Shown one piece after another: positions 12,251-23,857 of a DNA stretch of 64,000 bases. How positions within the stretch are numbered: the stretch's first letter is position 1; every line of letters starts with the position of its first letter. This DNA is from Tubiluchus corallicola (Eukaryota; Animalia; Priapulida). The translations under genes and the position numbers were made by a program. The stretch lies in assembly GCA_030141605.1 (NCBI GenBank), contig JAQGDQ010000128.1, positions 124,001-188,000 of the forward strand, read 5' to 3'. The notes below the pieces were generated by a model. It made no database searches. It had not been told where the DNA came from and worked only from the letters and a program-made list of their open reading frames with translations.

Positions 12251-15151
12251 GGCGACAGGGCGTAACGCTGTTTGAAAAGAAATAGGTTAAACTAACTCGT
12301 CATGGAATTGTAAAGTCTATTACGCAGTTTTATCAAATGGGTATTCAAGTATCTAACACCACTTATTCATGAATCCGGGCATCACTTCGGCTTCATCCGA
12401 TTACTTTCCATTGATAATTGGTTTATTATTCGATAGTTTGCTTAGTACAGCTAATACACGACCAATTGACGACGGCATTTTCCAGAACAAAGCGAGAATT
12501 TGACGGAACAGAGAACACTCTAAGAGTTGTTACTAAAGATACATGTATGCGAACAAGGCCAGTTGTTACAGAGGTTTTTTTAAATAAATTATTAATATTG
12601 CATTACTTAATAACATTATTTGCAAAGCGGATAATTATAAAATGGGAAGAAGATAGCCTTGCAGAATCCATCCTGCAAAGACGTAAAACATTTTCAACAT
12701 ATGACATTATTAACATTACAACGTATAATTTTACCACTTGAGAATTTTACTCAATTTCATACAGAAAAAGTAAATTTATTGACAGAATAGCAATAAATGA
12801 GTTTTTGTAAGGAATGTTTGTGAGCCAGTGTCGCGAGCATTGTTTCTAGCCGACCAATCAACGAATGACATCCGTCGCCTTGTCGAAAATCACCCATTTG
12901 CCTGCTGTCGTTGGATGTGAATTTTTTTTTAACTAATTTCATTCCTGGTACTTTTGCAAAAAACACTAGCCGGGTTCAGCCAATTTTATCTTTAGGTAGG
13001 TTTTATGAACATTAGCTTTCAAAAATAAGCTTAGCATGTTACCGTAAGAAAAAAGTAAAATACAAGAAAAACACAGTTACAAAAATTCATGCATAGGTGT
13101 TTATCATAATTCTTTCAAATATTTTTAAAGTTTAACTGCATGTTTTTCTTTCTTTTAATTGTTTCTGAAGCACAACGCTATTCCGCGAATTTATAGGTAG
13201 GCCACATGAAATGTCAAACATTTTCTTTAATGATGATCATACTTTAGGTACTTGAAAATTATCAATCTGTATTGTACGCATTGCATAATCATCAATAACT
13301 TTCATAGGAAATAAGGGGTTTAGAAATTTCATATTTTTTAAATATTTCATTTATAGTAATCGTTATCTAAGAGCGTACAGAGATCACATTAGACCAAAAA
13401 GTATTACCCTAAATTTCTAGACAATAGTCAAGATGGGTGAATTAATAAAAATAAAGAATTTGCAATGACTGGCGACATTGCATGCTGTTATGCACAACTG
13501 CGACATTTTTTGACAATTTGTACTTAGTCATTTCAATATGTTCATTTTACAAAACCGTGTTATCGATAATTGGGCCTACACCTCGAAATATACTAGAGTG
13601 CACTGTTTGAATGCCTGCTTGATTAATAGTGACATTTTGTAATAATAATTAATAATGATACTAAAATCATATTACAGAATTATAGAATATTAACGTTTTT
13701 GTGACTTGTTTATAAAGAGAAATAGAGAGAGATTTGAAGCAAAATCTGATACCACGAGCGGTTTTTTTTAATTAATGGAAGTGCAGTCGTTAATTCATAG
13801 GAATAGTTAAGACCCGTTTTTGTCTACTGTACATAGCATGCACTGCAGCTGTTTTCGTGACATTCGTAGAACAGGGAAAACGAATTTATTTGACCTAATA
13901 CAGTGCTCCTGCAGCAGTGAATTGAACCAGTGGCACATCAGTCTTGCTCGCGAGGCGTCCAATCGAAAATATGTCAAATTAAATTTTTCGAAAGGTGCAA
14001 CTGCCGGAAATGGGGCGGGCACAGATGTTTGCCGGGCTAGCTGTCTACCTGTCTTGGGGATAGATTTCGTTTACATTATAATTCTGCCTGCTCAGCATCT
14101 GCTATGTCGGGACATTCAATTTGGCAGGAATTTTCACGGTCTTCTTTTCTTTTCCATAAAAATCAAATTCATTGCCATTTTTCTATGTTATCCTCATCTT
14201 AAGTTAAAGTGCCAGACAAGTTATAATGGTGCTGGCAACTGTTATTGGCCAACATTACTGTCAGGCTAACAAGATGATTAAAAACACTGAGTTATTTAGC
14301 TTATAGGCAACGTTGTTTCACAGAAATCTTGCTTTTAGCAGGTTTAACTGCGAAACGTGGTTATCGCTTTACAAGATACGCGAATTTCAACTATGAAAGA
14401 GGTATCGTTAGCACTGACATGTTATAACAAATTAAAGACATTATATCAACCACCTGCCTAGATTTCGAAAGCAATCTCAGACCACAAGGCGTATTAATAC
14501 AGCTGCAGCCTATAGCGTCCCACATTAGAGTTCAATTACAGTTTTGTAATAGGTATATATAATTTGTGCAAGACGTTTATATCTCCTCTGGGGAAAATTC
14601 CACAAATCATCACTGTTCTTGATCATGCGTAACTACCTTGCCCGGGATTGTACATCACAATATAAGTTACTTTCTGTTAATGAAAGACTGGTGATTTACA
14701 ATGCTTTACTTTTATTTTCTTTCTTGTTCTGTATACGTGTTACGTTATCTGCTTCAGTGTCTGTGGGGCTTTGGCTCATTAAATGCTAATAGACAATACT
14801 AGTCCAATACCTTGAGTTATTATAAAGCGTGTCTGTGTCTGTTAGTTGAGAAATATTCAACAAAATATTCAGAAATATATAAACAAGCACTTTTCTGCAG
14901 GAACTAATTCTAGAAACTTCCAAAAATGGGCGCGTATACATGGAACTTTCTTAATTGCAAAAACAGAAGTTAGAAGAACCATATTATTAATGAAATTTTG
15001 GTTGTCTTGGTAAGAAAGCAAGCAGGCTATATGGTCTAGTCGTAACTGTGTTACCTGATGTAATGAATTTGATCGCAGTCTTTCTGGTTATCTATGTACG
15101 AACCAGTGACGTTGTTGTTTATTCTTATGCTTACAGTGGTCCGTCGTTTCC

Positions 15152-15242
15152 ATTACTATTACTATTACTACTACTATTACTGTTACTATTAATGTTACTA
15201 TTACTATTACTATCACTATTACTATCACTATCACTATCACTA

Positions 15243-15287
<45 letters not shown>

Positions 15288-15490
15288 CTTTTACTTTTAC
15301 TTTTACTTTTACTATCACTATCACTATCACTATCACTGTCACTGTCACTGTAACTGTTACTGCTACTTAGTGTTGCTGTTGCTGCTACCGTTGCCGTTAC
15401 CGTTACTGTTACTGCTATTGCTACTATTACTATTAGCATCACCATTTATATTACCATTACCACTATTATTACTGTTACCATAACTATTAC
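15152..15490. repeat. Compound tri/hexanucleotide microsatellite (ACTATT/ACTATC/ACTTTC/ACTTTT)
   Basis: Directly visible. Explains ORFs 15048, 15088 and 15131. Confidence 0.95.
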
Positions 15491-15601
15491 TTAATACTTA
15501 TGCAATGTTAGTACGCTTACTACGCTGGCGTTCTAGTTAGGGCTTTCAGCCTCCGTTAGTAGATAATTATTCTGCTTATTATAACAGGTAATTAAGACTA
15601 A

Positions 15602-15739
15602 AGTTTACAATTCCCAACACGCAACAAATTAGTTCGGATTTGGGTTAAGTTTAGGGTTAGGCTTACGGTTAGCGTTAAGGTTAGGATCTGGGCTAGGTTT
15701 AGGATTAGGGTATTTAAATTGAGTGAGGAATTGTAAACT
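15602..15739. mobile_element. Small IR-flanked element with degenerate TTAGGG-like repeats
   Basis: Perfect 13-bp inverted repeat AGTTTACAATTCC (15602-15614) / GGAATTGTAAACT (15727-15739) enclosing gggttaagtttagggttaggc...ggattaggg. Confidence 0.6.
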
Positions 15740-17297
15740 CCTTCCTGACTAATTGCATTTTGTTAGAACCAAGCTGTTTTAGTATGTTCACTGTATACTA
15801 ACCCTTTTCGGCAGTACTTTATAAAAAACACGTTATTGCTGCTAGTTGGTTTGTTACAACACCTGCATCGCCCAGAAAACCAATTACACATACAACGCGT
15901 GATAGACCATAAAGACTACCAACTAAACATCTAAATCTGTATGCTGCAACTCCATCCGTTAGTAGATTGGTTTATTTAAGACAGTGCTGTTGTTTGTGTA
16001 TAGTTTGCAGTCATTTAGCCTTTGTGGCACGTACTAGTTGCTCAACGCTATTCTCTGTAGTAATTTGAAGTCTTTAATGAGAGAATAATATCAGGTGTGT
16101 ATAGGGTTCCCAGGAGCCTAACATTCTGAACATCTTCTCTTCACACACAGAGGTTAAACAATAGTTTGTACACGAGACAATAAATCCGAATGTTTCTTAT
16201 GAAGACCAAATCTTTCAACGCGGGTTAATTGCGAGAATTTGCGACTAGTGTACAGAGTACAGGCAAATTTTGTCTTTGTAGCTTAACAAATGTTGAAATA
16301 ATTACTAGATTATTACAATAGCTACGTTTCTAGATTTATCAAATTATATAAAATATACATTAAAATGTTACTTTTTCTTTTATTAACACGCTGGTAAAAA
16401 CATTCTCATATTTTAGCTAAGGTCGTTAACTGTCTTATATTCTCTTTATATTTCTTTATTTATCTGGGATTTTCTTTATTTTTCTCCTCCCTATATGAAT
16501 AATAACTGAAGTTGTCCTTACCTTCTGTAAATTAGACAAATCGCGTCAATTCTGTAATCATAAATGAAATGACATAGACAAATCATAGTAACAATTATGT
16601 ATAAAATTCAGATCACTTGACGACTAATGAAATTAATAGTGTTTGCCAATAGATATAAAAAAACAGTATACATGACTGGAAACTTTTACCATGAGCTGTA
16701 CATCACTGTATATTTCCACTGAATGGTTTTCAAAAGCTATTTTGATTAAAGTTTGACGATATCGCTGTTTGGCTTTCGCACCATATTGCATCAGCGTGTT
16801 GCATGAACTTTTATCGATCACTAACGAATCTACTGACTGATCGACTTACTAATTTGTATAATTGACTGACAGACTGAACCACAGATAGACTACTTAATTG
16901 ACAAACAGACAGAATGACATATACACACCGTGACAAAGCAACTGTCTGTTTAGTGAGCCGGCTGGCTGACTGACTGGCTGATTGACTGGTTAAAGATTGT
17001 GAATTATACCCATATGATTAATAATTGACCGACTGGTAATATATGTCATTAAGCTTTCATTAAATGAGCCCAAAGCAGCTGAATTTGGATGAATAATGAT
17101 TTAATAGTGAATATTTTTCAGCCAATCAGGACATCAGCAGATCATATTATTTACCATGTGATTGTATTTACTAATTTGTAACCTGTAGTCATGTTGCTCA
17201 CATCTAAATTTATTTACAAAGTATACAAACATAAAAACTACTTCAACATAAGACTTCTTTGAACCCTATTTTAGGCATTTATTTTTTCATTTTCAGG

Positions 17298-17380
17298 ATG
17301 GAAACGAGCAAATTATTATCAATTCTACTAGTAGCCGTACTGTGCTTTCTTTTGCCGTTTAGCAAAGCTACGGAATCAGA
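17298..17380 (+). CDS. Dh31: DH31 precursor, coding exon 1 (signal peptide)
   Basis: ttttcAG|G-ATG. Reads METSKLLSILLVAVLCFLLPFSKATES, a hydrophobic signal peptide with likely cleavage after SKA. Donor GA|gtgagt at 17381, phase 2. Confidence 0.9.
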
Positions 17381-19830
17381 GTGAGTTTCTTTTTCTACTT
17401 TCGTCATCGCCGAATCCCTGTTAGACAATCTTTTATTGCGCAGGCAATCATGGAAACCAATTTGCAGTATGTGGTTGTCAAATCTTTCGCTGATGCGGTA
17501 ATGTTTTAAACCTGCATGCAGAGAGCTTTTTTATTATTTATGCTCTCTGCGTTCTACCGCACACTCACTAAATACGGCGCTATGGCTACTTGAAGAATCT
17601 ATAGCTTTATAATGGGCACAAGCATTTAGCTTTCCATTAAAGCACAGCTTGTCCAACAAATTTGTCCCAAGTCAATTCAAAAACGACGGAATTAACGCCG
17701 TTCTTCGGAAAATATACGTGCTTGATTCCGCAGATTTATAAGTTTATTTTTTTAACTGATAAATTTTTGAAAACCGTAATTACTGAAGTAATTAATTAGT
17801 TAAGTCTGGGTGCGAAGCGCTGTAATCCTCTTTAGGCCAGTTAAGATAATGAGTGAGCAAATTTAATGTCGTTTACATGAACAAACTGAGATTTTACGAT
17901 TTGTCGTCGGCAAATTTATCAGTTTATTAACATCAAGCATAAAATACGTCAATACTGCTAAGGCTAAACAAAAAACAATTGAAAATCCCCTTTGAACAGC
18001 GTTTTGCTGGGGTCTGGATTGAAGTGTATCACTGTGTCCAACTCTGTTCTGTTCCTTGACATACTATAGGTTTGCTTCTAAGCTAAGGCTTAGGAGTTGA
18101 TTACGAATAAAATTGTTTTTGCCTCTAAATTGCGAACCTAATCATTCCAAAAAATATATATGTAGTATATTAAGACATGTTTAAATTATTTCCAATTATA
18201 GTCAGCATACTCCTACAACCAATTTCATTCAGGTTGGTCGAGTTAGTAGAAAATAGTGGTGTTGGAAAAATTTAATAATTTATTTGAAACAAAAGCGATA
18301 GCACAAAAGTGAGGCTGTCATGCACGACCGTATCTTTAATTTCTTGATTACCCCAAATACAAAGTTTTTAGGCTTAATTTAATTATTTAATTCTCAGTGA
18401 CTGACGTCAAGTTGCTGGTTAAAGCTATGGTATAATATTCAGTACCATTACCGAAGTTTGGCCTTACATACCACACAGTGTTGGCATTTACGGATTTGTT
18501 TCTGGTAATTGCATTTGTATGCTGCAATGAGACGCACCAAACCAAATTTGCTGAATATGTAGTCAACGCAGTAGGACGAACTGGGAGTCTTAATACTATT
18601 ACGGAAGCTCAATGTCAGTTAATAGGCGTCAATAATAAGCTCAATGGTAATCTAATTGCAAATTCATCTTGAAAAATGACGAAAATTATGCATCAATTGT
18701 ATTGTTGACTGCATGACAAAATGTCACCATGTGTTTGCTTATTTGCTCAGATGAACAAAGAAAACACTTTAATGGTATGCTGCCTAATGCTTTTGCTAAT
18801 TTGTTTACACAAAACAAAACACTTTATAGGTACAATACTAGACAGTTCCAATGACTACTATTACCAAAAGTAAGAACTAATCTTATGAAACTTTTTATCG
18901 GTTATCAGGGCCCTGTTTATGGAACCACTTGTCTTGTGATATGAAAAAAAGTAAATTGCATTCGTGTTTTAAAAAGAAAATGAGAATTATAATATAATTT
19001 TTTTATGGTGCTTAAGTAAGTTTTATTGTACAATTTTGTACTTTCATTATTGGGACGTTTTTTTATTTATTTATTTTAGTTGAACTTGGCCTTATAAGTC
19101 TGACAACTTCTTGACCAGCCATAATATCATGAAAATAATGTAATGTATTTTATTTATCAGAACTGTATTTTTTAAGTAAATTTTAGTATTTACTGATACG
19201 TGCATTTTCTCTTTCTTTTTTTATATTTACTAATGTAAATTCTGTATTATGTATATGAATGTAATGTTTTTATGGCAATTAAACTTAAAGTTAAACTTAA
19301 CTTAAGATTACAGCTACGTAATATGCGGAAAACTTTGAGTTTTTTAATCAATGTTATATATTCAAAGTAATACTTTTTGTTTAATGTTTATGACTGGGCG
19401 TGTGGCTGCCAGGCAAACAGTTTCTGGGTTTTTTGGTAGAAGATAGTCAAAATATATAGTACTATTTTTTATAGATGCTACCTCCGTTTTTTTCTCGGGA
19501 AAGAATGTAATTGTTTCTCTCGCATTCAACAAGGCTAAAACATCTCTTACGTTATTAGACGATTATCATTGGGAATGAGTAGATTCCAGTTCCTCCACAA
19601 TCATTTTCAACACTAGTAATGTGCTCCTCCGTTGAAAACTGAATTCATACTTGCAATGAAACCAACTGTGTAAAAAATGTTTGCGTACAATTTACGTTAA
19701 ACAAGCATTGATGTTAGCCCCGTCTGCTTTCTCGTATCTGTGTGTTTTTCCTTTACTCTCCTTTACATCCTTCCTGTTTTGCGCTTGGCACGTCGGTTTA
19801 TCTTTTTAATTTGATTATTTCTTGTTACAG

Positions 19831-19920
19831 CAAAAATGTTTTACGGACACACCCAGAAATCACAATCGAAGTTCTTCAGCGGCTGATCGACAATATCCGG
19901 TCTAATTCAGATTCATCAAT
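19831..19920 (+). CDS. Dh31: DH31 precursor, coding exon 2 (precursor-related peptide)
   Basis: ttgttacAG acceptor and AT|gtaagt donor, 90 nt, phase 2-2. Reads (D)KNVLRTHPEITIEVLQRLIDNIRSNSDSS(M), resembling the arthropod DH31 propeptide helix (E.L.RL...I.R). Confidence 0.9.
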
Positions 19921-21193
19921 GTAAGTTTAATTTTAAGAACTTGTCTTTGTCGACAACTTTTTCCTGTAATAAACCCTGCTTTATTTGTTGGCCTGCTTTT
20001 GTCCATAAAAGGAGGAATTTCCACATGGTGCAAATGTTATAAATTACACCGGGCAATAAAAATCTAGATCCTAGATCTATCATAAACGGCTGCTGAAAAC
20101 GTATATTTACGTAATCATAATTAGCATCATCGTGAAACTGATCAATAATGATTACACGCATAGCGCTGCTGAGGATTAAGCGTTACAGTACCTATAATAA
20201 TTGAGAAAATATTGGCAACGCATAAATTAAAACGCTAAAAAACGATAAAAAAAACAAAAGGAAAAAGGAAAAAATTTACATGCGCAAAAAATCCACTTAA
20301 GATAGTTGCGAGATCTCCATTATTATAGGCATATTATGTTATTTGCGACTATTATGTTATGCTTATTATGTTTTTCTTAAACCAAGACCGAGGCTGCAAA
20401 TTTGAAATAGCTGATATTATGATATTTAACAGCTTCACTTTCTGGTATCGCGCGTCATTTAACTGATGTAATATTATAAATACACGCGAAAACAGGCAGA
20501 TGATGTGACTTGGCAATTATAGCGTTGAAAAAAAGCGCTAACATTTATTTGAAACGAAACGTGCCAGTTTTTCTTTATAACAGCGCTTAGAAGTAGTAAT
20601 TCTTACTCATTTTGCTATACTTTACGACACTAAATAGCACAGTAAATAGTTTTTACTAACACGTGTAAGAAAATAACCCAAAATGGATGCCTTGATATAA
20701 GCAGGAGCTAGTCCTATGAAACGTATTCTGCGTGCATGCACGCCTATTACTCCACAAGCAATAAAGGTCTAAAGTAATTGCGTAGCATATACACTGCACA
20801 AATAAAGTCAGATAAATAAATATTACACGTACTAAAAATCCTGTAAAGAATGAATTAACATTTAGAAAAATGTACCAGGTGTTAAACAAATTTGAGCCTT
20901 ACATCCTTGGAGAAGAAAGGAAGGAGAAAGGGAAACAAATCTACCTATTTTGAAAATTGATACCAATAGTTTAAAATATGCATGTAAAATACTATGAGTG
21001 CAAAAAAAGAAAATCTTTGTACACTCCAACACTGAGTCGTCAATTGATTTTTTGCTCTTCACTTGTAGGTGCTGGAAACGTCAAGCGTTAATCAATTATT
21101 TTGAAATAATTACAAAAATCGCTCACTGCTAACAGAAGCGTAAACTATCTACCTCAATAACAACAATCAACAAAATATTTTGTATTATTGCAG

Positions 21194-21314
21194 GGACAAG
21201 CGAGCGGGAATAGATCTGGGATTTCAGCGAGGCTACTCGGGCAGTCAGGTTGCAAAACACCTACTTGGCTTACAAGCGGCCAACTATGCCGGTGGACCAG
21301 GAAAGCGGCGTTAG
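21194..21314 (+). CDS. Dh31: DH31 precursor, coding exon 3 (mature calcitonin-like diuretic hormone)
   Basis: ttgcAG acceptor. Reads [39 protein letters not shown], a close match to insect [36 protein letters not shown], with a KR cleavage site and Gly amide donor. Precursor is 97 aa; mature peptide at 21204-21299. Confidence 0.97.
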
Positions 21315-23746
21315 ATTTGAAACAGTATCGTAGAAAATTCAAAACTTTTCTACACAGACGTGTGCAAAAAAACAGGACTTTTTATTTGTACGCAGTAAGA
21401 TGCACTTCTGACAGAAAAGGGCCCAATAGTTAGATATACAAACCCTGTTTATCTGTATGCGTGTCATTCGTATAGTAAAGTTTCAATTACTTTCTGGCAA
21501 ATTTACTATTTATTATCAATTTTATATCGTTGGAAAGGCCCTACACACCTACGAAAAAAGTCTGATACCGAGAACTGTTATGTTATAAAAAAAAACTTAA
21601 ACGGCTTATTTCCTTAAATTACATGTCTGCAATGCTGTCTCAACGTCATTCCGATTTTGTCATTGTAATTCATTGCAATTTAACCTAAACTCAATGAGAA
21701 ATGAAACTGTGTTGCATCCAATTTAATAGAAAATCACTTTTAAAATCAGAGTAAGCGCATTGTATACCCACACACCTTTAATCCTTAAGATCGAATCTCG
21801 GTATCACTTGTTATTAAAGTGTGATCTTGGTTAATGAAATAATAATTTGAAGCTAGTTCGAAGTAATATAAGCTCTAATTACGTCCTGCCGTTTTTTGCA
21901 AACTGATTTTCCGATTTTGCATTTAAAACTATTTAGGAAATAAGAAGCAGTAGGATTACAACATTATTATGCCTAATTTAACTGTAAGTACTTTGTATAG
22001 CTGTGTATAATAAGTTCTAGCTTATTTCAGACTTATTGCATGAATTGTTCGTCTTCTGTATAATAATTACATTACATCAGGGTTCAGAATATTATAAGCA
22101 ATTATTGTTATTAATTCAGTGCAGTTTCTTTAACCTGTAGCTTTTGTAAGCAACACATGTACTGAGACGAAAAGCTGCTTAAAAATTTTCAAGTGGTTAT
22201 TCCGAGTATCTTACAATAGTGCCCTACTGTAGAACGCCAGGGACTCATAAAATTCTACGCGTAACTATAATTACATTAAAGCAGCGTAAAAGGCATTTTT
22301 GAAGTTTCTTTCAAGACATCGGCTTGTTTTTATGTCCATTTCAACACGTTGTATGCTAAGATGCGGGGAAATTTTTGCTAGAAAGGTTAACACGTTCGGC
22401 GTGATGATGTGACTGAACGCTGATATTGGTACCCTCTCATTTAAAGGAAAAACTAACAACATTCGGTGTATTTTAACCTCGCTGTGGACATATTTCAAAA
22501 ACTGACGTAAACTGGTACTGTTAAACAGCGTGCGCGAAGGCACTCGTAACGAAGCTTTTGCAGTTCACTCAGAAATTTCGCTATTCTAGCTGACTAAATT
22601 TTTCTGTTTTTAATTAGCTTATACAGTTTAGTTTCAGCTTATTAAAACTATTATTCTGTTACTTTGTCGGTGTTAATTAGCCGAGTTGGAGGTCATTATT
22701 AATATACATAGTCGGTAACACAGTGGACAATGAGATTCATCAAAAAGTAAAAAAATAGTATAAATAAGCCCTCTTTAACATTTTGGATTCTTTTTAATTA
22801 TTGATAATAGTAACTGCTGCTTCAAAAAAAAGTTTGCTCAAGCATCTCGTTGGATAAGTGTTTATATTGTATATCGGAGACGGCATTTTTCGTTCAAAAT
22901 GATGTTCACCAACGCAAGGTGATCGCGAATTTAAATTGATTTTAATAATTACAATTTCATTGTTGAAACTTTCTAACCATTTTCTCAAATGTTAAAATAA
23001 GCTCAACTTCTCGAGAGCTTTGGTTTTGCTTTAAGGATTTGTAATAAGTTGGAGTTTCAAAGGCTGGCTACTTTCTAAAAAGCGCCGTCTTTAATAAAGC
23101 ATAAAAATGCTTCAGTTCTAGACTACGTGTATTGATAACAGTTAGCGATGCAAAAAACGATGTTGTTTTACCATGGGAGAAGCACAATGTCCATGTTTAG
23201 CTGCTAAAGCTAATAAGTTGAATAATGTGTAAACTACACAATAATAGTACAGTCGCTTTTTCTGCAGCCAGAATATGAGAGTCTGCATCCTACACTGAAA
23301 AAATGTCTGTTATTTTTCTGAACTGAATTGACACTTATTTCGAGAATTGACACGCATTTTGCAAATAACTATAAATTCTTCAGTACGGTTACTTAGGTTA
23401 ATAAGTTAAGTTAGTTTTTCAGAAATTAAAAGTATCAAGCAATTAATATCTTTTTTACTCGATTTTTGTGTCCGAAACAATAAAAATAATTAAAATGAAA
23501 ATGAAATGTTTCCTCTGCTACTCAAAATAAATATTTCATAGATTGTCATCAGAAATCGTTACTTGTACATAACCGTGTGTCATGAACATCATATAAAAGA
23601 CCTATGGGCAAGAAGAAACTTTGCAGAAAGCATTTAAGTCTTAAAAGGGCATCAAATATACATGTATTGGACTCGACAAAAACATTGCTCCCTTCAATCC
23701 ATATTATAATACAGTACTTAATAATCGATAAACAATGGCATAATGG

Positions 23747-23857
23747 CGCGTTCAGACGTAGAGCCTTCTCTCGCAACTTGTTGCGGAATTTCTCTCTGAA
23801 CTCGCAGGTGTAACTTGTTGCGCAACAACTTGCGAGAGAAGTCTGCGTCTGAACGCG
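23747..23857. mobile_element. ~110-bp hairpin MITE (possibly PIF/Harbinger-like)
   Basis: Arms CGCGTTCAGACGTAGAGCCTTCTCTCGCAACTTGTTGCG (23747-23785) and CGCAACAACTTGCGAGAGAAGTCTGCGTCTGAACGCG (23821-23857) are near-perfect reverse complements. Confidence 0.65.

Noticed and set aside
13820-14269. 149-aa plus-strand ORF in DH31 intron 1
   Set aside because: TTG start, no domain and no convincing splice boundaries.
17518-17549. 9-bp stem GCAGAGAGC/GCTCTCTGC after the DH31 signal-peptide exon
   Set aside because: Too short to distinguish from chance, and bacterial-style terminators do not apply here.
18751-18774. 24-nt candidate DH31 microexon (ctcAG...ATG|gtatgc)
   Set aside because: In the required phase 2 it gives GAA TGA, an immediate stop.
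21188-21433. ORF-track peptide [11 protein letters not shown]...
   Set aside because: Wrong frame; the true frame encodes DH31.
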